Shown: positions 38,020-47,331 of the stretch, piece by piece
Numbering within the stretch: the first letter of the stretch is position 1
Layout: each line of letters opens with the position of its first letter
NCBI GenBank assembly: GCA_963727455.1
Contig: CAVSGG010000008.1
Coordinates: 32,001 to 96,000, forward strand
DNA from: Candidatus Krumholzibacteriota bacterium
Lineage (GTDB): Bacteria > Krumholzibacteriota > Krumholzibacteriia > JAJRXK01
Reading direction: 5' to 3'
Length of the DNA: 64,000 nt
Notes under the pieces: model-generated
Database searches by the model: none
Told to the model about the DNA's origin: nothing
The model's input: only the letters and a program-made list of their open reading frames with translations
Position numbers and translations under genes: made by a program

Positions 38020-41000
38020 CGTGTCACCGCGATTCTAAAGTAGATCTCCCGTCCGGCCGCGCGCACACGGCAGAGGTAGACTCCATTCCGCACCTCTTGA
38101 CCGAGACCGTTTCGCCCGTCCCAGAGCACGTCGCCGTCGTGAATCCCCGGCTCGGTTTCAGGACTGCCGTTGGCAAAACTCCACTGGCGAACTCGCTTTC
38201 CCAAAAGATCGAAGATCTCGATCTCGACCGGGCCGCTCTCGGGAAGCGAATACGAGAGGGTGGCGGGCTGCCGGCTCGGAACGAAGGGATTGGGGTAGCT
38301 ATGTGCATCCAGTTCGGAAGACGCTTTCGCCGTGACACTGTGGCCAGCCAAGATGAGCGAATGGCCGCCTCCCTCTACGTCGAGCAAGGCGTAGCTGAGC
38401 TCAAATCCTCCGGAGTCCAGAATCGAAGCACTACCGCCATCCACCGCGAAACGGAATGAGACGTAGCCCGCGTCGGATTTGGCCTGCGCTCCCACTCGGA
38501 ACGCAGCCGAGGTGTCCGAATCGATGACCAGATCTACAGGAATACTCACCGGATTTCCGCCGACCGTCGCACTCCAGCTTCCCGTGCCGTCGGTACGCCG
38601 CACCTGAATGGTCTGCAAGAAGCTCGAGGGATCGGCGAAAGGCTGTCCTGCGTCGTCGACCAGTGTCAGCTCGAGCTGGGTGAAGTGCACCGCTTCGGGA
38701 TGCCCGTTGCTGAGATGCATTGCCAAGCGCTCGTAGATGCGATCGCTGCCGATCAGCGGGCCCGTGTCGCTCAAATCACTGATCGTGAGCCGCAGAGGGT
38801 CTGCCAGGATCGAGAGCGCGACAGTGCTCTCGGCCGTCGATTCTCCAGCTGCCAGTCCGCTGTTTTCGTCCACCGGGATCTGCTCAGCCGTCAGAGTAAT
38901 CTTCTGCACCCCAAGGTCCAGACTCATGGGACCCTGGACTCTCCACACGAATTGGTCACTGGGATCGGCAAGGTCGACGCTGGCCGGCTGGCCATCGAGA
39001 ATGGTGAAACCGGAGGGCACCGAAAGGTGAAGACGCGCCGGTCCCAGAACCTGGGCGCTGCCACTGAGCGCGAAATCTCCGCGAAGCTCGACGACCGCTC
39101 CCGGCGGTAGTTCGCCTCGATCGCGCGCGCTGTTGGGCTCGAGAATCGCGAGACGGGGAACCGCATGCGCAGCTTCCACGATGTCCAGAGCCGAACTCGC
39201 ACAGGTGTCCGCCAACACACTGCCACTCTGCACGTCGGTGGCGTGAGCCACCGTGCGCAGCAGGAGGCCGGAAACCGGCGTGCTCGAACAGAGCAGCTGC
39301 CAACTCACCGTCGTCTGTCCAGGCACCATCTCTTGACGCGCATTCCCGCCAACGAGCGCCAACTGTGGCGGCAAGAGCAACTCGAGGGAGCGCTGCTGCA
39401 AATTCGCCGGCCCGTCCACTTCCCCTTGCAGGGTGAAGGTCTGCCCCGTGCTCAAGACCGTATCCTGAGCCCCCTGGGGTGAGAGAATGCTCAAGCCGCA
39501 GGAGTTGAAGGAGACTCCGCCAAACACCTCGACTTGCAGGGTTTGGCTGGACGCCGTGGTGAGCGGCCGCGCATCGGGATCGTTGACGTCCAGGTCCACC
39601 CGCGACAGCTCCGCCACCAGCTCGGCGGTCTGGGCCGTCGCAGGAGCCACGAGTTGAATGGTGGCTTGGGGATTGGAGGGATCGAGCTGGACTGGGAGAG
39701 TGCTCTGGGAGTCCAGAGTAAAACCCTGCAAACTGCTGAAATCGACCTGGACGGGCAACCAGGATCCCGATTCCTGTAGGGAGTTGTTCTCATCCAGAGC
39801 GAAACGGACCGAAATGACCTGGCCTGGCGATACGGACATGGTGAGGGGATCGAGGCTGTCCACGAGTTCGGCGTTGAAGCTGAGAGAGACCGGCTGTTGA
39901 ACCTGAAGATTCGCGAGATCGTCCAGGGGAGTCTGCGGAATGATTTCCTGCTGGGTGGTGGATGACAGAGCGCGCACGATGGAAACGCGCAGCGATTCGG
40001 GACCCGGAGATGTCGTGACGGTCGTATCGAAGTAGAGGGTATCGACTTCACTGGATTGCAGTCGTGGAATCAAGATATCCGCCGCGCTCGAAGCGGGTAC
40101 TGCGCTCCCGCCGAGACGCACGGTCAGCGAATCGATGGCCTCGCCGGCGTTGTTACCCACGACCACTCGCACCGGAATGAGCTGGCCGGTGTTCACCTGG
40201 GTGAGAGGGGCGCTCGGATTTAGAGCTACGGTGGAGAGAATGCGCAATCCGGCCGGGTCGAAGAGCGAGAGCGTTCCGTCGGGTAGGGCCAGATCGGTGC
40301 TGAATGGCAGACCATTCTGCGTACCCCGCACTTGGAGGTATCCCTGCGGAGTGCCCAGTGCCAGATCCGAGGGTAGGCTCAGGGGGGAGAAAGCGAGTTG
40401 GGTGCTGCCGGTGGTCAGTTTCGACGGCCCAAGAGGATCCAGTACGGCCCCGATTCTCGTCCCCTGAGGCTCACCGAAGTTGAAGCGCGTCGCGAGGGGA
40501 TCGAGGACGATCTCCGCCTCTCCCTGGTTCTGCAGAGAGAGCTTGAACGCGACCGTCGATCCACGCAACGCCGAGGCCGGTTCGAGAGGAGTCGGTACAA
40601 GCGCGAGATTGGCCGGGGTTTCGGTGGTGATCGCGCCTGCTCCGATGAGATCCGCGGAGAAAGCAAAGCTGTTCTCGGTGCCCTCCAAGTGCAGTTGAAG
40701 ATCCTGACTTCGACTCCCTAAAGCCGCGTCAACGGGCGTGGGGCCAAAGCTGAGTTCCGCTTCCTGGCCGGGCGCGAGAGCGAGAGATGTGGTCAACGCG
40801 CCGCTCCAGAGCCCGCCTCCGAAGCTCGCAAGGGAAGTCGCCGGGTTCAGAGAGACCGTGGCGCCGCCGTTGTTCTTGACCCGCGCCTTCAACAGCAGAT
40901 CGGCTCCGTAGTGGATTCGGGAGGGACTCACGCTGCCGTCCACGAACTCGAGCTGTGAGGCCGCACTTACCAACAGCGGAGTAGCCGATGAGTCCGGTGG

Positions 41001-44000
41001 AGCCGTGAAATCGGCCCCCGCCACCGTCCCCGTGACGCGCGCTATGAAGCGGTATGTTCCAGGTGGAGTGGCAGTGCCCACTCTGACTCGCGAGCTCAAA
41101 TCATTCTGACCCCCGGCTGCGACCGTTCCGAGGGGATCCTGATCGACCAGTGTGAAGTCCGCCGGCGGTGAAGACTGCAGCGCGAGTTGCGAAATTCCGA
41201 TCGGACCCGCACCGAGGTTCTCCACCGTAACGCGAAGATTGAGAGTATCTCCGGGTACCGCCTGGGTTTCGTGAGCCACCGAGCGGATGACCAAGGCGCT
41301 GACCAGAAACGAGCCTTGAGGAAGCACGATGAAGCTCGTAACGGCTTGACCATGGATGTCCTGTCCGGCCAGTTGCAGCGTGGGTCGAAAAGAGCCCAGA
41401 GCGAAACTGGCGGGGAGGGTCGCCGTGCCGAAGCTGAGGGTTCGGCTCGACGAAGCCGGCACAGTCGTATCGCTGAGCAGGGAAGCGCTAAGGATTCCCC
41501 CCTGTCCGTCCTCGATCCTCAGCTGCGAGAGACCGGCGTCCAGAATCGCGTCGACGCCACCTTTGTTTTGGAGGGAGATGGTGAAGTTGAGATCCTGACC
41601 CGGCACCGCGGCCGCGGGAGCAAGAGTGCCGTCGATTGCAAGCGCTGCTGGCGCTGCAAAGATCGCATTCGCACTACCAGTTGCGGCTGCACTCGCGAAA
41701 CTGACGGTGACCGTGCCGGCAGTGAGAGGTGATGCCAGCCGGAGGTCCACCATTCCCGACTCGTCGCTCGCTCTCTGGACTCCGCTGCGCTGAAGATCGA
41801 AATCGTCGGAGATGATCCCACCCCCGGTCGCGCTCACGTCCACCGAAGTCCCCGTTGCCACCACGTTTCCGAATGCATCGCGAATCGGCCCCGCACTCAG
41901 GCGCGTCACCGAGAGCCCGTTTGCCGTGTTCTCGCTTGGATCCACCAGGGGCACTGGAATCGTTCCCGAAGCCGACGCGGGAACCACCAGAAGATTGTTC
42001 AGGCTGCCCGTGACGGCGGGAAGGGAGGCAAGGCTCACATCCACGGTCAAAGGTCCGGCCTGCAGAGCACTCAGTTCCACCGTGGCCTTTCCCGCCACCA
42101 GGGAAGCCGGCGAAGGCGTAACGCCTACCCCAGACGGTGTCGAATTGAAGACGAGCTGACCCGTCAGGTCCACAACGTTGCCGGCGGAGTCCTTGGCGAT
42201 GATCGTGAGGGTGTTCGGGTCTCCCGCGGTAAAGAGGGTATCGCTGATCGCGAGTTCGAGATGGTCCGCGGAACCGGGCAGAGCCTGCACCGTCCAACGA
42301 GCGGTCTCCAGCGCAGCGGGGTTGCCGTCCAGGATCGAAGCGCGCACCCGATGGTCTCCGCTGGTCGCCGAGAGATGAAGGTCGAAAGACAATTCCCCGT
42401 TGCTGTCGGTCGAAGCAAGACCGTCGTCCGGGGGTGCGGTGGGGTCTTCCAGGCTTGCGCCTGCGGGGGAAGCCAAGAGACTCAAGTGAACGGGAACCCC
42501 ACTCACCGCGTTGCCGTAGGCGTCGACGACACGCGCGAGGAGTGAGACCGTCGTTCCGGCGGGCGCGCTCTGGAGCGTGTCCCCTACAGCCCTAAGCTGG
42601 AAGGCAGTGCCGGACGCCACGCTGATCAAGGGACTCTGGGCGTTGATCGAGGGTTGTGATTTCAGACTGGCAGTGATGGAGAACTGCTCCACCAGCGTGT
42701 CCCGCGCGCTGGCCGAGAGAAGGCCCGCGTTCAGCGCTCCTTCGTCGGGAGTCAGGACCACTCCAGACCCGGTGGAGCTCAGCATTATGGAGTCCGCGGC
42801 CGCCAACACCTGGTTGCCTGCGGCATCGAGGGCAGTGATCGCAAGCGGGAGGTTCTGCCCCGCAGTCACATTCGTCTGCGAGGGGAACACACTGAGCGAG
42901 GCGATGGGACCAGCCACGGTCTGCACCACGAAAAGAACCGTCTCCCGTCCCACGGGATTTCCATCCAGGATTCCCACACGCAGACGCAGGGTTTGCACCG
43001 TCGAGTCCGTGAGGACCGTGAAGGTGGCCTGGCCGTTGCCGTCGCTGACGGTCGGGCCGACTTGGATCACTCCCCCCTCCAAGGACAAAACGTTCAACGC
43101 CTCGTTGCCTACCGCATTGCCGAAGGCGTCCAGTACCTGCACTCCGAGGTTGACGCTCGAGCCTGAAGTCACACCGGACAATGTATCCGCGCTCGTGCTC
43201 GCGAGTTCGTAGGCGCTGGCCGGGCCCACCGTCAAAGGCGGTCCCACGTACCCTTTCCCGTCCGCACTGAGCCGGATTCTGTAACTCCCAGAGGTATCAA
43301 TGCGTTGCAGAGAGGTCGAAAAAGTGCCCCGGGTAAGTTGGCCCTCACTGACCATGAGCGGGAGCGAAACCACCGTGGTGGTGTCCGCGCCATCGACGAG
43401 ATCGAAAGAGAAGCTATCGAGAGCGGCGCTCGCCACATTTCCGAAGGCATCGTACGCAGTTGCGCTCAAGCTGAAGGGCGTTCCCGCTGTCACGATCGCG
43501 GGATAGGCGAGCTGATAGTCGGCCACCATCGAGTTCGCCAGGATTTGTAGGCTCCCGCTATCTCCGTCCAGGAACGCCGCTGAATCGTCCGCGGTCAAAG
43601 CGTGAGTTCCGGCCACACTTCCCTGGTAATAGACCGTAGCCTGACCGTTGACCGGGAGGTTCAGTGTATCGAGGTACGGTCCGCCGCTCTGCGCAGAAAA
43701 GGCGAGACCGGTCGAGGGATCGGCGTGCACGATGACGGTAGCGGAGTTGGTGAAACTCGTATTGGAAAAGCTGTCCACCAGTGCCAGACCGAAGCTGCCC
43801 TCGACTCCCGCCTCGATGCCGCCCGTGGGCAGAGCGAGTTCAATCGCGCTCGCGCTTCCCACCACCGAGGTGTAGACGAGATCTTGAACCGCGGCTGAGG
43901 GAACTTGACTCGAGCTCGCGTCCAGAACGTCCTGGCGACCCGCCGCCGAAGGTGCGTGGTACATCACGTGGATTTGTCCGTCGACATCGGTCAGTCCACG

Positions 44001-46568
44001 CTGTGAAGCCAATCCGAGAGAATCCGTCTCTCCCACTCCGGAAAGTACCCCGTCGAGCAGGTCGCTGGAAAACACGGTGACCTCGACGCCAGCCACCGGG
44101 TTTCCGTAAGTGTCGGTGGCCAGGGCCGCGACCAGTTCCGAGCCGCCCACCACGAGATCGCGCGCGCCGTTGGGTTGCAGGACGAGTGAAACGGTCTGTC
44201 CGGCGGTAGCGACGGCGTTGAAGTTCAAGGGCGACGCGAAGGAAGTCTCCGCCGAGAGACTCTGTGGACCGGCCACCGTGCCCAATTCCCACAGATCACA
44301 GCTCGCGTAGCCCAGTGAATCACTGAGAGCTGCACTCTGATCACCCGGAGCGAGGGGATCCGTGTCGACACGTCCACCGTCGGTCGGAAGGAACTGGACG
44401 GAAGCGCCACTCACGGGATTGCCAAAGGCATCCAGCACGCGCGTTCTAAGCGCCAGCGCTAGGGCAGTTCCCACCGTGGCGCTCTGTCCGTCTCCCGAAA
44501 TCTCTTGCAGAACACTCGCGGGAGCGGCAAGAAACTCAAGATCCACCTCAGCTGAAGCCGATCCGTCACTGAGAGTGACACTCAGATCTTCCGCCAAGGT
44601 GTTCGTCAGCTGGAGCTCGACTCTTCCCGAGTCGGCCGGAGCGAAGACGTAGTCCGCCTCACCGGAGGGCAGAAGGCTCAGACTGCCAGCGCCGTTGCTC
44701 GCCCAGCTCAGATTGCTCCCGTCACCGATACTCGTGCTTGAAAGATGCATCGTGCCGCCGTAGCCGCTCACGCGGTTTCCCGATACATCCAGCGCATCCA
44801 CCTGAATAGCCAGGGCTGCACCCGCTGTTCCGACATTTCCCGCCGGAAGGTTCACCGTGAAATGGTCGAGCGGTCCGGGCACGAATTCCAAGTTCCGTTG
44901 GGGCCCCACCAATAGACCATCGAGGCTTGCCTGCGCAGTTCCCGCGCCGGCTGCAGTGGAACGCAGGCGCGCATGAAACTCTCCCAACGCATCACTGCTC
45001 GCGTCCAACTTGTCGAGCTGCCACGCAGCGGAGAGCGTGAAACCGATGCGGCTCGAGTCGATCCCCGCCACAGGATTCCCGAACGCGTCTTTCAGGCCCA
45101 ATAACAAGTCGATGGTATCGACTCCGTCTGCGACCGCGGATGCGTTGGCGGAGAGCGAGGTGGCAGAAGAATCCACGGCAGAGGCGGTGAATACGGCGAG
45201 GGGTTGGGCGCTGAGCGCCGCACCGCCGGCCGTTACGCTCACTGGCCTGGTGCCAGCGGTCGTCGAACGAAGCCGTGCCGCGAAAGTACCGTCCGTCGCG
45301 CTCGATCCACTCAGCTTCTCCACCGCGACCGCGCTGGCGCTGATCACGATCTGCGCGCTGTCCACCCCGGCCACGGCATTGTCGAAGGCATCTCGCAGAG
45401 TCGTCTGCAGAGTCGTGAAATCCGTACCATCCGCCAGCGCCGGCCCGCTGACCACGGCTGAGGAATGGTCGGGGTCCACGGGTCCCGCGCGGAAATCGAT
45501 GTCAAGAGTATCACTCAGTGCCACTCCACCTACGGTAACGGCGAGGCGACGTGAGGACGCGACAGTGGTGCGCAAGAGGGTCGTAAACGAGCCATCCAGG
45601 GCCGAACTTGCCGCCAATTTTTCCACGGACAGTCCATCTCCCAGTACCGTGAAGACAATTGCGGACGAGTCCACGCCCGAAACCGCGAGTCCTCCACCGT
45701 CGCGTAGAACGAGGTCCACCTGGATTGCATCCACACCGTCCGCTACTGCGCCCGGGCCGCCACTCAGGCTTGATTGTGTCGAGTCGATCGCTCGCGGCGT
45801 GAATTCGATCACTGGGTGATCGCTGAGCGTCGTTCCATCCACTGCCGCGTCCAGACTCCAAGAACCAGCCAGAAGCGTTCTGACCCGCAGGGGGAAGCTG
45901 CCCTCGGCTGCACTCGCCGCCGACGGCTTCTCCACCGTGAAAGCGGAAGCTGACAACGCGGCTGAAATTCGCGCACTGTCCACTCCTGCAATCGTGTTCC
46001 CAAAGGAGTCGCGCAGGACCAAAGTGACCGAGCTGAACGCGCTTCCGTCGGCCACAACCGGTGAAGTTGAACTCACCGAGCTCTGCTGTGAATCCACTGC
46101 AGCGGGAATCAAGGTGATCGAGGCCTGGTCGTAGCCCAAATCCGGAGAGCTGGTCGATCCATCGACCACCGTGAGTCCAACGGGAAGCGAAGTGACGTGG
46201 GTGGCGCGATACAGGAGATCCACTCCGGAGGAATCGGCGGCGATGCTGGCCGAACTCACCGCGGGCCCTCCCACGAAGCGATAGTAACTTCCGGAGGAAT
46301 TGTCGCTGAAGAGGTCGATTACCTGCGCAGCGGATACGGGCGAAGGATCGCCGGAGACATCCACACTGGAGACCCGAATGGGCAAGTACTCCCCCGCGAT
46401 GGCCGTGTCCGAGGCGGCCTGGATCACCAGGGCTGAGGGGGGTTGCACGGCCAGGGCCGTCCGAGGCAATAGCAGGCAGATGCACGCCGCGCTGAGGAGC
46501 AGGGAAACCCGTCCCAGTTGAGCGAGACGTTCGTGAATGCGCGTGAGTGGTCCCGGCATAGTGTTCAT
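38016..46568 (-). CDS. giant (2850 aa) secreted Ig-like repeat protein with T9SS-like C-terminal domain
   Basis: Signal peptide; invasin/Big-type ADG...LRD.FGN repeats; many D-x-x-G-N units; C-terminus SYPNPF...IFDLLG...WDGRN..G..V.NGVY...IAVTR. Confidence 0.9.
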   Translation of the reverse strand: MNTMPGPLTRIHERLAQLGRVSLLLSAACICLLLPRTALAVQPPSALVIQAASDTAIAGEYLPIRVSSVDVSGDPSPVSAAQVIDLFSDNSSGSYYRFVGGPAVSSASIAADSSGVDLLYRATHVTSLPVGLTVVDGSTSSPDLGYDQASITLIPAAVDSQQSSVSSTSPVVADGSAFSSVTLVLRDSFGNTIAGVDSARISAALSASAFTVEKPSAASAAEGSFPLRVRTLLAGSWSLDAAVDGTTLSDHPVIEFTPRAIDSTQSSLSGGPGAVADGVDAIQVDLVLRDGGGLAVSGVDSSAIVFTVLGDGLSVEKLAASSALDGSFTTLLRTTVASSRRLAVTVGGVALSDTLDIDFRAGPVDPDHSSAVVSGPALADGTDFTTLQTTLRDAFDNAVAGVDSAQIVISASAVAVEKLSGSSATDGTFAARLRSTTAGTRPVSVTAGGAALSAQPLAVFTASAVDSSATSLSANASAVADGVDTIDLLLGLKDAFGNPVAGIDSSRIGFTLSAAWQLDKLDASSDALGEFHARLRSTAAGAGTAQASLDGLLVGPQRNLEFVPGPLDHFTVNLPAGNVGTAGAALAIQVDALDVSGNRVSGYGGTMHLSSTSIGDGSNLSWASNGAGSLSLLPSGEADYVFAPADSGRVELQLTNTLAEDLSVTLSDGSASAEVDLEFLAAPASVLQEISGDGQSATVGTALALALRTRVLDAFGNPVSGASVQFLPTDGGRVDTDPLAPGDQSAALSDSLGYASCDLWELGTVAGPQSLSAETSFASPLNFNAVATAGQTVSLVLQPNGARDLVVGGSELVAALATDTYGNPVAGVEVTVFSSDLLDGVLSGVGETDSLGLASQRGLTDVDGQIHVMYHAPSAAGRQDVLDASSSQVPSAAVQDLVYTSVVGSASAIELALPTGGIEAGVEGSFGLALVDSFSNTSFTNSATVIVHADPSTGLAFSAQSGGPYLDTLNLPVNGQATVYYQGSVAGTHALTADDSAAFLDGDSGSLQILANSMVADYQLAYPAIVTAGTPFSLSATAYDAFGNVASAALDSFSFDLVDGADTTTVVSLPLMVSEGQLTRGTFSTSLQRIDTSGSYRIRLSADGKGYVGPPLTVGPASAYELASTSADTLSGVTSGSSVNLGVQVLDAFGNAVGNEALNVLSLEGGVIQVGPTVSDGNGQATFTVLTDSTVQTLRLRVGILDGNPVGRETVLFVVQTVAGPIASLSVFPSQTNVTAGQNLPLAITALDAAGNQVLAAADSIMLSSTGSGVVLTPDEGALNAGLLSASARDTLVEQFSITASLKSQPSINAQSPLISVASGTAFQLRAVGDTLQSAPAGTTVSLLARVVDAYGNAVSGVPVHLSLLASPAGASLEDPTAPPDDGLASTDSNGELSFDLHLSATSGDHRVRASILDGNPAALETARWTVQALPGSADHLELAISDTLFTAGDPNTLTIIAKDSAGNVVDLTGQLVFNSTPSGVGVTPSPASLVAGKATVELSALQAGPLTVDVSLASLPAVTGSLNNLLVVPASASGTIPVPLVDPSENTANGLSVTRLSAGPIRDAFGNVVATGTSVDVSATGGGIISDDFDLQRSGVQRASDESGMVDLRLASPLTAGTVTVSFASAAATGSANAIFAAPAALAIDGTLAPAAAVPGQDLNFTISLQNKGGVDAILDAGLSQLRIEDGQGGILSASLLSDTTVPASSSRTLSFGTATLPASFALGSFRPTLQLAGQDIHGQAVTSFIVLPQGSFLVSALVIRSVAHETQAVPGDTLNLRVTVENLGAGPIGISQLALQSSPPADFTLVDQDPLGTVAAGGQNDLSSRVRVGTATPPGTYRFIARVTGTVAGADFTAPPDSSATPLLVSAASQLEFVDGSVSPSRIHYGADLLLKARVKNNGGATVSLNPATSLASFGGGLWSGALTTSLALAPGQEAELSFGPTPVDAALGSRSQDLQLHLEGTENSFAFSADLIGAGAITTETPANLALVPTPLEPASALRGSTVAFKLSLQNQGEAEIVLDPLATRFNFGEPQGTRIGAVLDPLGPSKLTTGSTQLAFSPLSLPSDLALGTPQGYLQVRGTQNGLPFSTDLALPDGTLSLFDPAGLRILSTVALNPSAPLTQVNTGQLIPVRVVVGNNAGEAIDSLTVRLGGSAVPASSAADILIPRLQSSEVDTLYFDTTVTTSPGPESLRVSIVRALSSTTQQEIIPQTPLDDLANLQVQQPVSLSFNAELVDSLDPLTMSVSPGQVISVRFALDENNSLQESGSWLPVQVDFSSLQGFTLDSQSTLPVQLDPSNPQATIQLVAPATAQTAELVAELSRVDLDVNDPDARPLTTASSQTLQVEVFGGVSFNSCGLSILSPQGAQDTVLSTGQTFTLQGEVDGPANLQQRSLELLLPPQLALVGGNARQEMVPGQTTVSWQLLCSSTPVSGLLLRTVAHATDVQSGSVLADTCASSALDIVEAAHAVPRLAILEPNSARDRGELPPGAVVELRGDFALSGSAQVLGPARLHLSVPSGFTILDGQPASVDLADPSDQFVWRVQGPMSLDLGVQKITLTAEQIPVDENSGLAAGESTAESTVALSILADPLRLTISDLSDTGPLIGSDRIYERLAMHLSNGHPEAVHFTQLELTLVDDAGQPFADPSSFLQTIQVRRTDGTGSWSATVGGNPVSIPVDLVIDSDTSAAFRVGAQAKSDAGYVSFRFAVDGGSASILDSGGFELSYALLDVEGGGHSLILAGHSVTAKASSELDAHSYPNPFVPSRQPATLSYSLPESGPVEIEIFDLLGKRVRQWSFANGSPETEPGIHDGDVLWDGRNGLGQEVRNGVYLCRVRAAGREIYFRIAVTR
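44870..46090 (-). repeat. four tandem ~105-aa invasin-like Ig repeats (protein level)
   Basis: VVADGSAF..LRDSFGNTIAGVDS; AVADGVDA..LRDGGGLAVSGVDS; ALADGTDF..LRDAFDNAVAGVDS; AVADGVDT..LKDAFGNPVAGIDS; bounds approximate. Confidence 0.75.
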
Positions 46569-46603
46569 CGCAACCCAAGTGTCTGTGGATCAAGAACTTG
46601 GAA

Positions 46604-46619
46604 AGCAATGACCGTGCCC
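46604..46619 (-). promoter_or_regulatory. putative sigma54 promoter of the giant-protein operon
   Basis: GGGCACGGTCATTGCT, GG-N10-GC, 35 nt upstream of ATG 46568. Confidence 0.62.
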
Positions 46620-46770
46620 GGAGCGCGGGAGGTGGAAACAGAATGTCAGGGGGTCTTCCAAGGGGCTCAGGCAAGGGAATCTGTACGATCCTCGGCCGCC
46701 GGCGCACAGGAACCGGCCGGCCCCGTCCCCAAAGGAGAGGGTCCTGGGACCAAAGCGGCGCAGCGGGTTC

Positions 46771-47268
46771 TCAAGATGCGTCTTGGCTGCCCAGCTCGTC
46801 CAGTTTGCGCATCCCCTCGAGCATCAGATAGTCGAGACTGACGTCGAGCAGGATGTCTTCGTTCTCGGGGTAGATCTGAGAGTAGAAGGCGAAGGTGCCT
46901 TCCTCGATCGTCACCAGTTGAAAGACGATTTCCTCGATCTGACTGCGCACGGCTTCTTTGAGCTGCTGGTCGGTGATCGAGCCCACCTCGACCAGGATGG
47001 TACCGATCCTCTTACCGCCGGCCAGCCCCGCCTTCATTTTGGCGCCTTCCAGTTGGGAGCGCTCCAGCAGCCCGCTGCGCACCAGGTAATCGCCCAGGCG
47101 TTCGGTCCGGGCATCCGTGCGCGCGTAGATCAATCGTCCCTGGTGGAAATAGACGCGGGCCCGTTGCTGCGAGCCGTGAAGCACCAGCTTCCCGGTGGCC
47201 TGCGCAAGGTGCAGGAGCTGAAAGATGTTCGCCACACCGAAGAGTTCGATTCGGCCCCGCAGATCCAA
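46771..47268 (-). CDS. stand-alone DUF4388 (PATAN-like) protein with MshEN-like motifs
   Basis: LRGRIELFGVANIFQLL...TGKL, RLGDYLVRSGLL, RIGTILVEVG, EGTFAF, LEGMRKLDE; TTG 47268 has GGGGAG SD. Confidence 0.85.
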   Translation of the reverse strand: MDLRGRIELFGVANIFQLLHLAQATGKLVLHGSQQRARVYFHQGRLIYARTDARTERLGDYLVRSGLLERSQLEGAKMKAGLAGGKRIGTILVEVGSITDQQLKEAVRSQIEEIVFQLVTIEEGTFAFYSQIYPENEDILLDVSLDYLMLEGMRKLDELGSQDAS

Positions 47269-47331
47269 GATTCTCTCCCCCTGAACACGGCTCAAATCCG
47301 CCCAGGATGGCGGACTTTGGACCGCCTTCGC

